Of a DNA stretch of 64,000 nt, positions 31,189-42,428 are shown piece after piece. How positions within the stretch are numbered: position 1 is the stretch's first letter; each line of letters opens with the position of its first letter. The translations under genes were made by a program, and so were the position numbers. The DNA comes from an uncultured Planctomycetaceae bacterium (GTDB lineage Bacteria > Planctomycetota > Planctomycetia > Isosphaerales > Isosphaeraceae): assembly GCA_963833985.1 (NCBI GenBank), contig CAWIAD010000002.1, forward strand, positions 416,001 through 480,000, read 5' to 3'. The notes below the pieces were generated by a model. That model was given only the letters and a program-made list of their open reading frames with translations, had not been told where the DNA came from and searched no databases.

Positions 31189-31623
31189 CTAGCCCGCCAG
31201 CTCTTGCCGGATCCGCGCCTGGAGCTGGCTGAGCTCGTCACCGGAGTACTTTCCCTGCGTCCACGGCCAGTGAATGCGGTCGTTGGCGAAGCGGGGGATG
31301 ATGTGCCAGTGGGAATGATCGATGGTCTGCCCGGCCACAGTACCGTTGTTGATGACCACGTTGAGGCCATCTGCCCCCGTGGCCGCCTTCACGGCGCGGC
31401 AGAGTCGGGGCAAGAGCGAGCCGGCGTGGGCAGCGAGTTCGTCGGGGAGTTCGCCCAGGTGCCGGTGATGCGCGCGCGGGACGATCAGCGTGTGACCCGG
31501 GTTCAGCGGGTTGATGTCGAGGAAGACCACCGCCTGGTCTGTCTCGAGCACCCGGGCCGAGGGGATCTCACCCCGCACGATCTTGCAGAAGAGGCACTGG
31601 GATTCGAGTGCGGCGTCAGCCAC
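31189..31623 (-). CDS. HIT family hydrolase
   Basis: CLFCKIV, FLDINP, GQTIDHSHWHIIPR histidine triad. Confidence 0.92.
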   Translation of the reverse strand: MADAALESQCLFCKIVRGEIPSARVLETDQAVVFLDINPLNPGHTLIVPRAHHRHLGELPDELAAHAGSLLPRLCRAVKAATGADGLNVVINNGTVAGQTIDHSHWHIIPRFANDRIHWPWTQGKYSGDELSQLQARIRQELAG

Positions 31624-31670
31624 GGCACGAGGCTCCCGGAGTGGGCCTGTTTCGCCTGGTATCCCGGCGA

Positions 31671-32090
31671 TCAGCTGGTGCTGGGCGGTGAGACGACGGC
31701 TGGGCGCGTCGGCGCCTTGAGCTGTTCCTGCTCACCGAGCAGACTGATGACGGCCAGGGCGGCCGCGTCACCCTGGCGAACCCGCGCCAGCTTGTAGATC
31801 CGGGTGTAGCCGCCCGGGCGGCCCTTGTACCGCGGCCCGATCTCGTGGAACAGCTTGTAAGCGACTGCCTTGCTGGTGAGCACCGCAAGGCAGCGCCGAA
31901 AGTTGTTCAGGTCCCAGCCGTTCCTGGCCAGGGTGATCAGCTTCTCGACGTAGGGCTGAACTTCCTTGGCCTTGGGCAGCGTGGTCTGGATCTTGCCGTG
32001 CTCCAGCAGCGCAGTGGCCAGGTTGCGCAGGAGCATCCGGCGATGTTCCGGGGATCGTTTGAATTTTCGGCCGGCTTTCTGGTGACGCAT
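31671..32090 (-). CDS. rplQ: 50S ribosomal protein L17
   Basis: MRHQKAGRK...TTLPKAKE...RPGGYTRI. Confidence 0.97.
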   Translation of the reverse strand: MRHQKAGRKFKRSPEHRRMLLRNLATALLEHGKIQTTLPKAKEVQPYVEKLITLARNGWDLNNFRRCLAVLTSKAVAYKLFHEIGPRYKGRPGGYTRIYKLARVRQGDAAALAVISLLGEQEQLKAPTRPAVVSPPSTS

Positions 32091-32168
32091 GATTTTTCTT
32101 GGTTAGTGGCCGGTGGCCGGTGAGGAAATCGTGTCAGTGGCCAGCGAACAAGCAGAGGCCACGCCGGC

Positions 32169-33164
32169 TCATCCCTTGGTCGGCACGCTCATGCCCAGAT
32201 CGAGCCCGATCTCGTGCAGCTTGGCACGCACTTCCTTGAGCGTGGTCTCGCCAAAGTTGCGGACGTTCAGGAGCTGCTCCTCCGATCGGCTGACCAGGTG
32301 CCGGACGGTGGTGATCCCCTCGCTCTCCAGGCAGTTCGTGGCCCGCACGGAGAGTTCCAGCTCGGCAAGGCTCATGTCGAGCTTCCGCTCCAGCTCGGCG
32401 TCCAGGGGCGCATGCTGATGGCCATCGTAAGGACTGGCCTCGGTGGAGAGGCCCGGTCCCGGTTCATTGTACTGAACGAATGGATTGAGGTGCTTGCGGA
32501 GGATCTTGGCGGCCTCCACCAGCGCCATTTCGGGGCTCAGGACACCCGTCGTCCAGATCCGCAGGAGCAGCTTGTCGTAGTTGGTCCGCTGGCCGACGCG
32601 GGTATTCATGACGTGATACTCGACGCGCTGCACCGGGCTGAAGCTGGCGTCGATGGGAATCACCCCGATCTCGAGATCGTCGGTGTGCCCCTCCGCGGCC
32701 GTACGGTAACCGCGGCCATTCTCGATGGTCATCTCGAGGTGGAACGGCACGTCGTCGGTCAGGGTGCAAAGAATATGGTCGGTGTTAATAATCTCGACCG
32801 ACTCGTCGTGCGAGATGTCAGCGGCCGTGACCACGCCCCGGTGGTCGCGATCGATGCGGACGGTCCGAGGATGCTCGGAATGGTTCTTGACCACCAGGAG
32901 CTTCACGTTGAGCACCAGGTCGGTGATGTCGTCGACCATGCCGGGAATCGACGAGAACTCGTGCTGCACGCCCTGGATCTTGATCTTGGTGATCGCACTG
33001 CCTTCCAGGCTGGAGAGCAAGATCCGCCTCAGGCTGTTGCCCACGGTGTGGCCGAAGCCGCGTTCGAAGGGCTCGACGTGGAACTCGCCGAAGGTGTCGG
33101 TCAAGGTCTCGCGGTCGCAGATCACCCGGCTGGGCAGTTCGAGGCCACGCCATCGAATACGCAT
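32169..33164 (-). CDS. rpoA: RNA polymerase alpha subunit
   Basis: [40 protein letters not shown]. Confidence 0.98.
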   Translation of the reverse strand: MRIRWRGLELPSRVICDRETLTDTFGEFHVEPFERGFGHTVGNSLRRILLSSLEGSAITKIKIQGVQHEFSSIPGMVDDITDLVLNVKLLVVKNHSEHPRTVRIDRDHRGVVTAADISHDESVEIINTDHILCTLTDDVPFHLEMTIENGRGYRTAAEGHTDDLEIGVIPIDASFSPVQRVEYHVMNTRVGQRTNYDKLLLRIWTTGVLSPEMALVEAAKILRKHLNPFVQYNEPGPGLSTEASPYDGHQHAPLDAELERKLDMSLAELELSVRATNCLESEGITTVRHLVSRSEEQLLNVRNFGETTLKEVRAKLHEIGLDLGMSVPTKG

Positions 33165-33205
33165 CGCGGTTTCCCCCCAAGTAAGCGCTCAGACGAACCC
33201 CGGAA

Positions 33206-33832
33206 TCAGCGGCTCAACAGCTCGATGATGAGCTGCGGCGTCACGGGGAGCGAAATATCCAGTGTCGACGGCATCCGGGTGACGCGACCCTCGGGGGGAT
33301 CGACGCTCGACCGGTCGAGCCAGTCGGGGACCGGCGGCGCGCCCTCGGCCAGATTACTGGCCACCAGCCTGCGCGAATGCTCGCGGTTCTTGACCTGGAC
33401 CTGGTCGCCGGGCCGGACGAGATAACTGGGAATATCGAGCTTGCGGCCGTTGATCAGGATGTGGCCGTGGCGGATGAGCTGCCGGGCCTGCGGCCGGCTG
33501 GAGGCGAAGCCCAATCGCGTCACGACGTTGTCCAGCCGCCGCTCCAGGAGCGACATCAACGCATCTCCCGTGTTCCCCGTGCGCCGGTTGGCCTCGGCGT
33601 AATACTTCCGGAACTGACGCTCGAAGATGCCGTAATAGCGTTTGACCTTCTGCTTCTCGCGCAGCCGGATGGCATATTCGCTGGCCTTGCCGCGGCGAAA
33701 CTGATGCATGCCGGGCATCCCTTCGCGGCGGTCGACAGCGCACTTGGGCGTGTCGCACCGCGTTCCCTTCAGGAACAGCTTGGTTCCCTCGCGTCGGCAG
33801 AGCCGGCAAACCGGTCCAGTATGACGTCCCAT
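33206..33832 (-). CDS. rpsD: 30S ribosomal protein S4 (Cys-containing form)
   Basis: CRLCRREG, LREKQK, LERRLDNVV. Confidence 0.98.
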   Translation of the reverse strand: MGRHTGPVCRLCRREGTKLFLKGTRCDTPKCAVDRREGMPGMHQFRRGKASEYAIRLREKQKVKRYYGIFERQFRKYYAEANRRTGNTGDALMSLLERRLDNVVTRLGFASSRPQARQLIRHGHILINGRKLDIPSYLVRPGDQVQVKNREHSRRLVASNLAEGAPPVPDWLDRSSVDPPEGRVTRMPSTLDISLPVTPQLIIELLSR

Positions 33833-33932
33833 GGTGAATCAGGATTCCTTGGTCGTATCGGGTTCTTGAATGTTTGCGGAGGCGTTCGCGGCAGTGCACT
33901 TCAAACGACGGGCAATCGGCTTGCCATATCGT

Positions 33933-34313
33933 TCAAACCCGCCGCTTCTTGGGCGGCCGGCAGCCATTGTGCGGCAGCGGTGTGACGTCCTCGATGGCCT
34001 TGATCGAAAGGCCGGAGGCCTGGATGGCCGTGATCGCGCTCTCGCGACCCGAGCCTGGCCCCTTCACCTTGACCTCGACTTCCTTGACGCCGTACTTGGT
34101 TGCGGTGGCGGCAGCCGTCTCGGCGGTGCGCTGGGCGGCAAACGGCGTGCTCTTGCGGCTTCCCTTGAAGCCCACTGTCCCGGATGAGGCCCAGCAGAGG
34201 GCATCGCCGTTGGGATCGGTGATCGTCACCGTCGTGTTGTTGAACGTCGCCTTGATGTGCACGACCGCCCGGCTGACGTTGCGTCGTGTCTTCCGCTTCT
34301 TGGCCTTGGCCAC
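33933..34313 (-). CDS. rpsK: 30S ribosomal protein S11
   Basis: [30 protein letters not shown]. Confidence 0.98.
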   Translation of the reverse strand: MAKAKKRKTRRNVSRAVVHIKATFNNTTVTITDPNGDALCWASSGTVGFKGSRKSTPFAAQRTAETAAATATKYGVKEVEVKVKGPGSGRESAITAIQASGLSIKAIEDVTPLPHNGCRPPKKRRV

Positions 34314-34535
34314 GGATCCAGTGCTCCTCGATCAATCGGGTCGAATCAACGCTTGGCTTGTTCCTGGAAAGCTTCCCGGCCACGCGAGCTCCACTCGCTT
34401 GTGTGGCGGACGGCCCGGACGGCTCAGGCCGGGGCCAGATCACCTCATGACGCCCCGGAGAGCACCGCAAGACCGCGAACAGCCCCGGGCCAACAACCGC
34501 GGCCGCGTCGCGTCAGGACGCGACGCGCACCGGTA

Positions 34536-34919
34536 CTAGCGCAGCTCCTTGACGCCCTTCTTTCCGGCCACGGTCTTCCGTGGGCCCTTCCGCGTGCGGG
34601 CGTTGGTGCGGGTGCGCTGGCCCCGGACCGGCAGTCCCTTGCGGTGCCGCAGACCGCGGTAGCAGCCGATGTCGCGCAGCCGGGCGATGTTTTGCTGCAC
34701 CTGGCGTCGCAGCTGGCCTTCGACCACGTATTCGTTGTCGAGCAACGAGGCAAGCTTGGCCAGGTCGTCCTCCGTGAGGTCGCGTGCCCGCTTGTCCGGA
34801 TCGATGCCGGCGCGCTCGCAGAGCTGCTCGGACAGGAACGGGCCAATGCCGTAAATGTAGCGCAGCGAGATCACCGCGCGCTTATCGTTGGGTATATCCA
34901 CACCGAGAATACGAGGCAT
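34536..34919 (-). CDS. rpsM: 30S ribosomal protein S13
   Basis: [34 protein letters not shown]. Confidence 0.98.
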   Translation of the reverse strand: MPRILGVDIPNDKRAVISLRYIYGIGPFLSEQLCERAGIDPDKRARDLTEDDLAKLASLLDNEYVVEGQLRRQVQQNIARLRDIGCYRGLRHRKGLPVRGQRTRTNARTRKGPRKTVAGKKGVKELR

Positions 34920-35030
34920 CCGTTTTGAATCTCCGTCGCTCGCTCGCCTGGCGGTTCTCTGAAAATGCGAGGAGCCGCCATGCGGGCCTGGCAGCTCATG
35001 GATCAGGCACTCTCGAGCCCGTCGAGAGGA

Positions 35031-35144
35031 TCAGCCCTGTCTTTGTTTGTGCCGCGGGTTGGTGCAAATCACATAGAGCTTCCCTGCCCTGCGCACGATC
35101 TTGCAGTTCTCGCACATCCGCTTTACGCTCGAACGTACTTTCAT
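35031..35144 (-). CDS. rpmJ: 50S ribosomal protein L36 (zinc-ribbon form; not in the ORF track)
   Basis: Manual translation [37 protein letters not shown]. Confidence 0.97.
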   Translation of the reverse strand: MKVRSSVKRMCENCKIVRRAGKLYVICTNPRHKQRQG

Positions 35145-35390
35145 AACAAAACCTTCTTCAAATCATCGGCCAGCACCAGGGAATCTTGCCTGGCAGTGCC
35201 AGGACTCGTGGACCGGCATGAGCAGGAGGCTTCCCGACCACAACCAGTGGGGCGGGCCGACCGGCATGCCTTGTCGATACCCGGGTTCTTGAGGATCGAC
35301 TCGGATTCCAGTGCGCCTCCGGCACGGGGCCGAAGAAACCAGCTTTGGAGGGGTGCTGACGCGTCGCCACATCCCGAGCCGAATTCAACT

Positions 35391-35419
35391 AATATACCGA
35401 GGCGGCCAGGCATCCGCAA
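35391..35419 (-). promoter_or_regulatory. Putative sigma70 promoter for rpmJ-rpsM-alpha genes
   Basis: Minus strand TTGCGG-N17-TATATT. Confidence 0.55.
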
Positions 35420-35486
35420 GAGCTCACCCGCGCTCGCGTCGGGTTTTTCAGGACCCCCGCCGTGAGTCGACTGCGCCCGGGGAAGA

Positions 35487-36386
35487 TCAGGGGGCCGCCG
35501 AGCCGGAATCCGGGACGGCCTCGTCGTCCTCGAGGTACGTCAGCACGCGAGGGCCCTCGGGGGTCATGGCGACGGTGTGCTCGAAGTGAGCGCTGGGCCG
35601 CCGGTCCCTGGTCTCCACGGTCCAGCCATCGTCGAGCGTACGGACGTCCTTGGTGCCCATGGCGACCATCGGCTCGATCGCCAGAACAAGCCCGGGCTCG
35701 AGGCGGATATCGTGTTGCAGCAGAGCCTTGTTGACGAAGTTCGGCACCTGCGGCTCTTCGTGCATCTCCTGGCCGATGCCGTGGCCGACGAACTTCTCGA
35801 CCACGTAAAAACCCTGGCTCTTGATATACCGCTCCATCAGGCCGGCGACCTCCGACCAGTAGCGGCAGCGTGCCAGGGCCCGGATGGCCAGGTCGAGCGA
35901 TTCCGCGGTCACGCGGAGGAGTTTCTGAACTTCGGGAGCGATCTCGCCGATGGCCAGCGTCACGGCCGAGTCGCCGCACCAGCCATTGACCTTGCAGCCG
36001 GTGTCGATCGAGACGATATCGCCCTCCTTCAAAGGGCGGCGATTGGGAATGCCGTGAACGACATGGTGGTTCACGCTGGCGCAGATCACCGCCGGAAAGG
36101 CCGGCTTGCCCTTGGTCGTGCTCGGGTAATTCAGAAACAAGGGGAGCGCGTCGTGTTCCTTGAAGACGGCCGCCACGGCGTCTTCCATGTCGGCGGTCGT
36201 GGCACCCGGTACGGCGAACTGGCGGGCCCGGTCCAGGGCCTTCGCCACCACGCGGCCCGCCTCCCGCATGAGCCCGATCTCGCGCGGACTTTTAAGCTTC
36301 GGAACGGGCCGGGGACCACCGGGAATGGGGGTTCCCTTGCGACCCAGGCCCGAGAGGAACGCAGGAAAGGACGGCCGGGGGACCAT
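35487..36386 (-). CDS. map: Methionine aminopeptidase type I
   Basis: HGIP, DIVSIDTG, GDSA, GHGIG..MHEEP, AIEPM, SAHFEHT; start uncertain (36386-36404). Confidence 0.96.
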   Translation of the reverse strand: MVPRPSFPAFLSGLGRKGTPIPGGPRPVPKLKSPREIGLMREAGRVVAKALDRARQFAVPGATTADMEDAVAAVFKEHDALPLFLNYPSTTKGKPAFPAVICASVNHHVVHGIPNRRPLKEGDIVSIDTGCKVNGWCGDSAVTLAIGEIAPEVQKLLRVTAESLDLAIRALARCRYWSEVAGLMERYIKSQGFYVVEKFVGHGIGQEMHEEPQVPNFVNKALLQHDIRLEPGLVLAIEPMVAMGTKDVRTLDDGWTVETRDRRPSAHFEHTVAMTPEGPRVLTYLEDDEAVPDSGSAAP

Positions 36387-36508
36387 GCCTCGCTGGGACG
36401 ACACGCGCTATAGCTCCTGTTCGATCCTGACCAGCTCCGCCTCAAGTGACGAAGCCATTCTAGCAGAGTGCCAGCCCCGCAGGGCAGCCGGCTCTCCCGC
36501 CGGGCGGC

Positions 36509-37882
36509 TCATTTGCGGTTCACCAGCCCGGGGTAATTCCGCATGACCAGGTGGCTGTCGATCTTCTGGACCAGGTCCAGGCAAACGCTGATCACAATCA
36601 AGAGCCCGGTGCCTCCCAGGAACGACGCCACGGTGAAATCCACGTTGAGGGCGGTCTGGACGAGCGACGGGATCACGGCGACCAGCGCCAGAAAGGCCGC
36701 ACCGACGTAGGTGATGCGAAGCATCACCTTCTCGAGATAGTCAGCCGTGCGCCGGCCCGGCCGGTAGCCGGGTATGAAACTGCCGTAATCCTTCAGGTTC
36801 TCGGCCATGTCCTTGGGGTTGAAGGTGATGGCCGTCCAGAAGTAGCAGAAGAAGTAGATGAGGATAATGTAGCAGACGGTGTAGATGTAGCTCTGGCGCT
36901 GGAACGCGTCGGCGACCTCCTGCATCAAGCCGGCGAACGTCGAGCCCACGGTCCAGTTGTCCGACCGCAGGTTGGCCGTCGCCTTCGCCAGGCCATTGAA
37001 TACGAACGAAGGGAAGATGAGCAGGCTGGAGGCAAAGATGATGGGCATGACGCCGGCCTGGTTCACCTTCAGAGGCAGGTACTGGCGGGTGCCGCCGAAG
37101 ACCCGCCGGCCGCGCACGTGCTTGGCGGACTGGGTGGGGATGCGCCGCTGGCTCTCGGTGATCGCGATCACCCCCACGACCACGGCGATGAACAGGGCCA
37201 GCAGCATGAGGAGGGTGATGATGCCGTACTTGCCCGGCTCGGGCGTCAGCTTGGAGGTCGAGTTCTCCCAGAGCCCCTTCATGGCCACGGGCACCCGCGC
37301 CAGGATGCCCGCCATGATCAGCAGGCTGATCCCGTTGCCGATCCCGAACTCGTCAATCTGCTCGCCCACCCACATCAGGAAGATGGTTCCGGCCGTCATG
37401 ATCGACACGCAGACCAGTCCATGCCAGAAATCGCGATACTGCGGGAGCACCACGTTCATCTGTGGACTCATCATATACTGCACCCAGAACGCGCTCTGGA
37501 TGGCACACAGGCCCACGGTCGCGTAGCGGGTGTATTCATTGATCCGTTTCCGGCCGCTCTCCCCCTCCTTCATCATCGCCTCGAGCGAGGGTACGACGCT
37601 GCCCAGGAGCTGGAAGATGATCGATGCCGAGATGTAGGGCATGATGCCCAGGCCGAAGATCGTGCTCATGCCGATCGACGTGCCGCCGAACATCGCCACC
37701 GTGCCAAACAGCTTACCGGCCGTGTTGGTGCTTTGCTGCTCCTCCCAGTTGCGCAGTTGTGCCTGGTTGACGATCGGCAGGGGTACATAAAAACCGATCC
37801 GGTAGATGGCCAGAAGCGCGGCGGTGAAGAAGATCTTTCTCCGCAGTTCAGGCACCTTGAAGATGGTCAGCAGCTTATCCAC
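36509..37882 (-). CDS. secY: Preprotein translocase SecY
   Basis: LGIMPYISASII, GIGNGISL, IPGYRPG, GGTGLLI. Confidence 0.98.
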   Translation of the reverse strand: MDKLLTIFKVPELRRKIFFTAALLAIYRIGFYVPLPIVNQAQLRNWEEQQSTNTAGKLFGTVAMFGGTSIGMSTIFGLGIMPYISASIIFQLLGSVVPSLEAMMKEGESGRKRINEYTRYATVGLCAIQSAFWVQYMMSPQMNVVLPQYRDFWHGLVCVSIMTAGTIFLMWVGEQIDEFGIGNGISLLIMAGILARVPVAMKGLWENSTSKLTPEPGKYGIITLLMLLALFIAVVVGVIAITESQRRIPTQSAKHVRGRRVFGGTRQYLPLKVNQAGVMPIIFASSLLIFPSFVFNGLAKATANLRSDNWTVGSTFAGLMQEVADAFQRQSYIYTVCYIILIYFFCYFWTAITFNPKDMAENLKDYGSFIPGYRPGRRTADYLEKVMLRITYVGAAFLALVAVIPSLVQTALNVDFTVASFLGGTGLLIVISVCLDLVQKIDSHLVMRNYPGLVNRK

Positions 37883-38020
37883 GGGCGACTGCCTCCGCTT
37901 GCAATCTCGACCGGACCGGAATCATGCTTTCGACAGCTCTACATTCCATAGGACGCCTGGCGCGGCTCAATCGCCCGGGAACCTCTGCGGCCGCTCTCCC
38001 GGCGGATTGGACCTCCGGGT

Positions 38021-38503
38021 TCAGGCCTCCGCACCGCGCTGCCGCCGGCTGTAGGCAACAAGGGCGTACTGGCCGCCGGCCGCGGCGATCTTCGCGATGG
38101 CCGACTGGCTGAACCGGGTGGCGCGGACGTCCAGCGGCTTGCTGACCGCACCGTCGCCAAGGATCTTGATGCCGTCGAAATTGTGTCCCTTCACCAGCCC
38201 CCGGGCGCGCAGGGCCGGTTCGTCGACGACGGCCCCGGGCTCGAAATGGGCGTCCAGATCGCTCAGGTTGACGATCGCGTACTCCTTCTTGAAGGCTCCG
38301 TTGAAGAAGCCTCGCTTGGGCACGCGGCGGGCCAGCGGCATCTGACCGCCCTCGAAGATCGGGTTCAGCTTGAACCCTTGCCGCGAGGCATGCCCCTTGT
38401 GGCCCTTGCTCGAGGTCTTGCCATGGCCCGAGCCGACTCCCCGTCCCACCCGCTTGCGCAGCTTGCGGCGGTGGACGGCCTTGTGCACGTCATGCAGTTG
38501 CAT
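38021..38503 (-). CDS. rplO: 50S ribosomal protein L15
   Basis: RVGRGVGSGHGKT, FEGGQMPLARRVPKRGF; ATG overlaps the rpsE stop (TGATG). Confidence 0.96.
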   Translation of the reverse strand: MQLHDVHKAVHRRKLRKRVGRGVGSGHGKTSSKGHKGHASRQGFKLNPIFEGGQMPLARRVPKRGFFNGAFKKEYAIVNLSDLDAHFEPGAVVDEPALRARGLVKGHNFDGIKILGDGAVSKPLDVRATRFSQSAIAKIAAAGGQYALVAYSRRQRGAEA

Positions 38504-39000
38504 CAGAGGGCCACTCCTCGAAGGCGAGCGATCTCTTCCTTCGTTCGCAGTTGCGTCAGGGCGTTGATCGCCGCCTTGACGAGGTTGAGCTTGTTGTTGG
38601 AGCCGAAGCTCTTGGTGAGGACGTCCTTGATGCCCGCGGCCTCGACCACGGCACGCACGGCGCCCCCGGCGATCACGCCGGTTCCCGGCACGGCCGGCAT
38701 GAGCAGCACCCGTGCCGCCCCGAACTTGCCGATGACCGCGTGCGGGATGGTCCCACCCTTGAGCTGCACCCGGTTCATCTGCTTGTGGGCATCCTTGACG
38801 CCCTTCTCGACGGCCGGAGGCACCTCGTTCGCCTTGCCGTACCCCCAGGCCACCTGGCCGCGGCCGTTGCCGACGACCACCAGGGCGTTGAAGCTGAACC
38901 GCCGCCCACCCTTGACCACGGCCGCGCAGCGACGGATCGAGACGACGCTCTCGGCCCACTCCCCACGGTCGCGATCGCGTTCTCGCGTCTCGATAGCCAC
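38503..39000 (-). CDS. rpsE: 30S ribosomal protein S5
   Basis: [25 protein letters not shown]. Confidence 0.97.
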   Translation of the reverse strand: MAIETRERDRDRGEWAESVVSIRRCAAVVKGGRRFSFNALVVVGNGRGQVAWGYGKANEVPPAVEKGVKDAHKQMNRVQLKGGTIPHAVIGKFGAARVLLMPAVPGTGVIAGGAVRAVVEAAGIKDVLTKSFGSNNKLNLVKAAINALTQLRTKEEIARLRGVAL

Positions 39001-39027
39001 AGACAATCTCCTGCGATGAGAAACGGA

Positions 39028-39405
39028 TCAAAACTTCAAGCCGGCCTCGCGAGCCGCCTGGGCGAGCGCTTCCACCCGGCCGTGGTACTTGTAGCTTCTG
39101 CGGTCGAAGCAGATCTTGTCAATGCCGGCCGCCCTGGCTCGTTCGGCGACCACCCGGCCGACGATGGCGGCCGCGGCCTTGTTGCCACCGTATTTCACCT
39201 CGGCCTTGATGGTCGGGTCCATGGTGCTGGCCGAGGCCAGCGTCGTGGCCGTCTGATCGTTGACCACCTGAGCGTAAATATGCTTGGAGCTCCGGAAAAC
39301 GGCCAGCCGCGGGCGCTCCGGCGTTCCCATGAGCCGCTTCCGAACCCGGTGCTGGCGCCTCCGGCGGCGGGTCTGGACCAGCAGATGATGATTGGCGGTA
39401 TCCAC
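39028..39405 (-). CDS. rplR: 50S ribosomal protein L18
   Basis: [25 protein letters not shown]. Confidence 0.97.
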   Translation of the reverse strand: MDTANHHLLVQTRRRRRQHRVRKRLMGTPERPRLAVFRSSKHIYAQVVNDQTATTLASASTMDPTIKAEVKYGGNKAAAAIVGRVVAERARAAGIDKICFDRRSYKYHGRVEALAQAAREAGLKF

Positions 39406-39486
39406 GGGACTGTCCTCACGGTTCGGGATGAATCTCTGCGATCAGCGGCCGCCACGGACTGCCCGGGCCAGCGGCCGCCTGGGCGA

Positions 39487-40038
39487 CTACTTCGACCCGA
39501 AGGCCTTGCCGGCCTTGCGGCGGACGGCCTCGCCCTCGTAGCGGATGCCCTTGCCCTTGTACGGCTCGGGGGGCCGGACCTTGCGCACCTCCGCGGCGAA
39601 CTGGCCCACGGCCTGCTTGTCGGCCCCGGTGATGGTGATGTGGGTCGCGTCGGGAACGGTCACGGTGACACCGGCCGGCGATTCCAGAACCACCTGGTTG
39701 GCATAGCCGACCTGGAGGGCCAGGGTGTTGGCCTTCTTGAGCTGGGCCTGGTAGCCGACGCCGACGATCTCCAGCTTGCGGGTATAACCGGTCGAGACGC
39801 CCTGCACCATGTTGGCCACCAGGCTGCGGGTCAGCCCGTGCAGCGCGCGGCTGAGCCGCTCGTCATCGCGCCGGACCACCTCCAGAAGCCGCTTCGAGTC
39901 GTCATACTTGAGCGTGATCTCGGGCCGGTGCGAGAAGCTGAGCGTTCCCTTGGGTCCCTCGACCTGAATCGTCTGCTCGACGATCGCGACCTTCACGTTG
40001 GCCGGCACTGGAACCGGCTTGCGTCCGATTCGCGACAT
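39487..40038 (-). CDS. rplF: 50S ribosomal protein L6
   Basis: MSRIGRKP; PPEPYKGKGIRY. Confidence 0.98.
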   Translation of the reverse strand: MSRIGRKPVPVPANVKVAIVEQTIQVEGPKGTLSFSHRPEITLKYDDSKRLLEVVRRDDERLSRALHGLTRSLVANMVQGVSTGYTRKLEIVGVGYQAQLKKANTLALQVGYANQVVLESPAGVTVTVPDATHITITGADKQAVGQFAAEVRKVRPPEPYKGKGIRYEGEAVRRKAGKAFGSK

Positions 40039-40118
40039 GGGTTGATCGTCCTCTTGGAGTTCTCAGGAGACCGCCGGGCGGAGCCGGAAACGGGGACCGC
40101 CACGGCTGCCTGGTTGGT

Positions 40119-40514
40119 TCAGTAGATCATCGCCAGCACTTCGCCGCCAATCTTCTCGACGCGGGCCCGGCGGTCGCTCACGATTCCCTGGGGAGTGCTC
40201 AGGATCTGGATGCCCATGCCGCCCAGGATCGGTTTGAGCTCCTTGTAGCCGCGATAGATTCTCCGTCCGGGCTTGCTGATCCGATCGATGCGAGTGATCA
40301 GCCGTTCGCCGTTGGGGCCGTACTTCATATGCAGTCGCAACGTGCGGGCGGGCGTCGTCTCGATTTCCTCGAAATCCCAGACGTAGCCCTCGTCCTTGAG
40401 AACCTGGGCGATGCCGCGCCGCATCTTCGACGTCGGCATGTCCAGGTAGGTGCGCTCGATCCGGACGGCATTGCGGATCCGGGTGAGCATGTCGGCAATC
40501 GGGTCAGTCATCAT
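40119..40514 (-). CDS. rpsH: 30S ribosomal protein S8
   Basis: TDPIADMLTRIRNA; SKPGRRIY. Confidence 0.97.
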   Translation of the reverse strand: MMTDPIADMLTRIRNAVRIERTYLDMPTSKMRRGIAQVLKDEGYVWDFEEIETTPARTLRLHMKYGPNGERLITRIDRISKPGRRIYRGYKELKPILGGMGIQILSTPQGIVSDRRARVEKIGGEVLAMIY

Positions 40515-40657
40515 GGGCAAGAAGCCTTCCTGAACCGTCGCGGGTCACGTGCGTCCCGAGCAAGGGAGCCGGCAGGGCGCCAGGTCGGCACGTCGGGGCG
40601 GCGGGGGAACTCGGGCAATCGGGGATCCTGTTTCATCGGGCTGGGCCTGCCAGCGGT

Positions 40658-40843
40658 CTACCAGCTCGCCTTCTTCACACCCGGGATCAGGCCGCGGAGG
40701 GCCAGTCCCCGGAAGCAGATCCGGCAGATTCCGAACTTACGATAGAAACCACGGGGACGCCCGCAGAGCCGGCAGCGGTTGCGGTGCTGCACGGCGAACT
40801 TGCGGGGCGTCTCGGACTTGATCTTCTGTGCTTTCGTCGACAT
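40658..40843 (-). CDS. rpsN: 30S ribosomal protein S14, zinc-binding (type Z)
   Basis: 61 aa; CRLCGRPR...CRICFR...PGVKKASW. Confidence 0.97.
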   Translation of the reverse strand: MSTKAQKIKSETPRKFAVQHRNRCRLCGRPRGFYRKFGICRICFRGLALRGLIPGVKKASW

Positions 40844-40912
40844 CTTACTTCCTCTCGCCGGTCACGGCGGACGCCAGGAGTGCCCTGACTGGAACCATTC
40901 CGGTGCGTCGGA

Positions 40913-41491
40913 TCACGACTTGCCCGCCGGAGCCCCCTTGCCACCGGCCGTCGGCGATCGGAACGGCAGGCCGAAGAAGCGGAGCAGCTCCCGGGCCTGC
41001 TCGTCGTTCTTCGCGGTGGTGACGATGGTGATGTCCATACCCTGGGTGTGCTGGAGCTTGTCGGCGTCGATCTCGGGGAAGACGACCTGCTCGGCCAGGC
41101 CAAGGCTGTAGTTGCCGTGACCGTCGAAGCTATTGGGGTTGACGCCGCGGAAGTCCCGGATACGCGGCAGGGCAATCGAGATCAGACGGTCGAGGAACTC
41201 GTACATGCGCTGGCCGCGGAGCGTGACCTTGCACCCGATGTCGTTGCCCTCGCGCAGCCGGAACCCGGAGACGGAGGTCTTGGCCTTCGTGATCAGCGGC
41301 TTCTGGCCGCTGATCTTCCCCAGGCTGTCGGCCGCCACATCGAGCTGAGCCTTGTCCTGGGTCGCCCGGCCCACGCCCATGTTGATGACGATCTTGGCGA
41401 TCTTGGGGATCGCCATCGGGTTGTCAAGGTTGTACTTGGCGGCCATCGCCGTGGCGATGTCCTTCTTGTAGAGATCGAGCAGGCGAGCCAT
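40913..41491 (-). CDS. rplE: 50S ribosomal protein L5
   Basis: [23 protein letters not shown]. Confidence 0.97.
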   Translation of the reverse strand: MARLLDLYKKDIATAMAAKYNLDNPMAIPKIAKIVINMGVGRATQDKAQLDVAADSLGKISGQKPLITKAKTSVSGFRLREGNDIGCKVTLRGQRMYEFLDRLISIALPRIRDFRGVNPNSFDGHGNYSLGLAEQVVFPEIDADKLQHTQGMDITIVTTAKNDEQARELLRFFGLPFRSPTAGGKGAPAGKS

Positions 41492-41580
41492 TGCCGTCAT
41501 CCTTCATTCCGCCGCGTGTCAGACCCCGCCGCGCCGTCTTGCCGGCCGCGCCGGCGATTCTGGATCCGGGTCAACCTTGG

Positions 41581-41958
41581 TTACGCGTTTTTCTGGGCCG
41601 AGGCCGCATGGGCCGCTTTGCGCGGACCGATGTTACCCAGGCCGTTGCCGCACGACTTGCAGTACCGCTGTTTCTGGCCGTCGTCGGTGAAGCGGTGACC
41701 GACGCGGACGCCCCGGTTGCACTTGGGGCAAACCAGCATCACGTTGGAGACGTCGATCGGCATCTCCTTGGACAGCCGCCCGCCCTGGGGGTTCTTGTTG
41801 CTGGGCCGCATGTGCTTGTACACGCGGTTCACGCCCTCGACGACAATCTTGTTGCGCGCGGGCAGCACCCGCAGCACCTTGGCGAACCGGCGCTGCGTGG
41901 GCGTCCCGCGATCGTCGCCGGCGATCACCTCCACCTGGTCGTCTCTGCGGATAATCAT
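41581..41958 (-). CDS. rplX: 50S ribosomal protein L24
   Basis: DQVEVIAGDD, VEGVN, PIDVSNV. Confidence 0.95.
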   Translation of the reverse strand: MIIRRDDQVEVIAGDDRGTPTQRRFAKVLRVLPARNKIVVEGVNRVYKHMRPSNKNPQGGRLSKEMPIDVSNVMLVCPKCNRGVRVGHRFTDDGQKQRYCKSCGNGLGNIGPRKAAHAASAQKNA

Positions 41959-41987
41959 AGATCGGCTCTCTTCACGGATACCGGCCG

Positions 41988-42368
41988 TCAGACAACCTCG
42001 GCCGCGAGGCTGATGATCTTCATGAACTGGCGGTCGCGCAGCTCCCGGGCGATCGCCCCGAAGATGCGGGTGCCGCGGGGATTCTTCTCGGCGTCGATCA
42101 GCACCACGGCGTTGCGGTCGAACTTGACGTACGAGCCGTCGGTCCTCCGGGTCTGGTTGCGGGTGCGGACGATGACGCAGCGGACCACGTCGCCGGCCTT
42201 GACGTCGCCTCCGGAGGAGGCCTTCTTGACGCTGGCGATGATGGTGTCACCAAGGCCCGCGGTGCGCCGCTTGTAAAGCGAGGCGCTGCCGCCAAGCACC
42301 TTGATGCACATCACCTCCTTGGCGCCGGTGTTATCGGCCACGTCAAGCCGGGTTTGCATCTGGATCAT
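41988..42368 (-). CDS. rplN: 50S ribosomal protein L14
   Basis: [16 protein letters not shown]. Confidence 0.98.
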   Translation of the reverse strand: MIQMQTRLDVADNTGAKEVMCIKVLGGSASLYKRRTAGLGDTIIASVKKASSGGDVKAGDVVRCVIVRTRNQTRRTDGSYVKFDRNAVVLIDAEKNPRGTRIFGAIARELRDRQFMKIISLAAEVV

Positions 42369-42428
42369 GGAACGAAACCTTCAGAGATTCGGAATGCAGA
42401 GTGCGGAATCGGAACGCCAGGAGACGGT

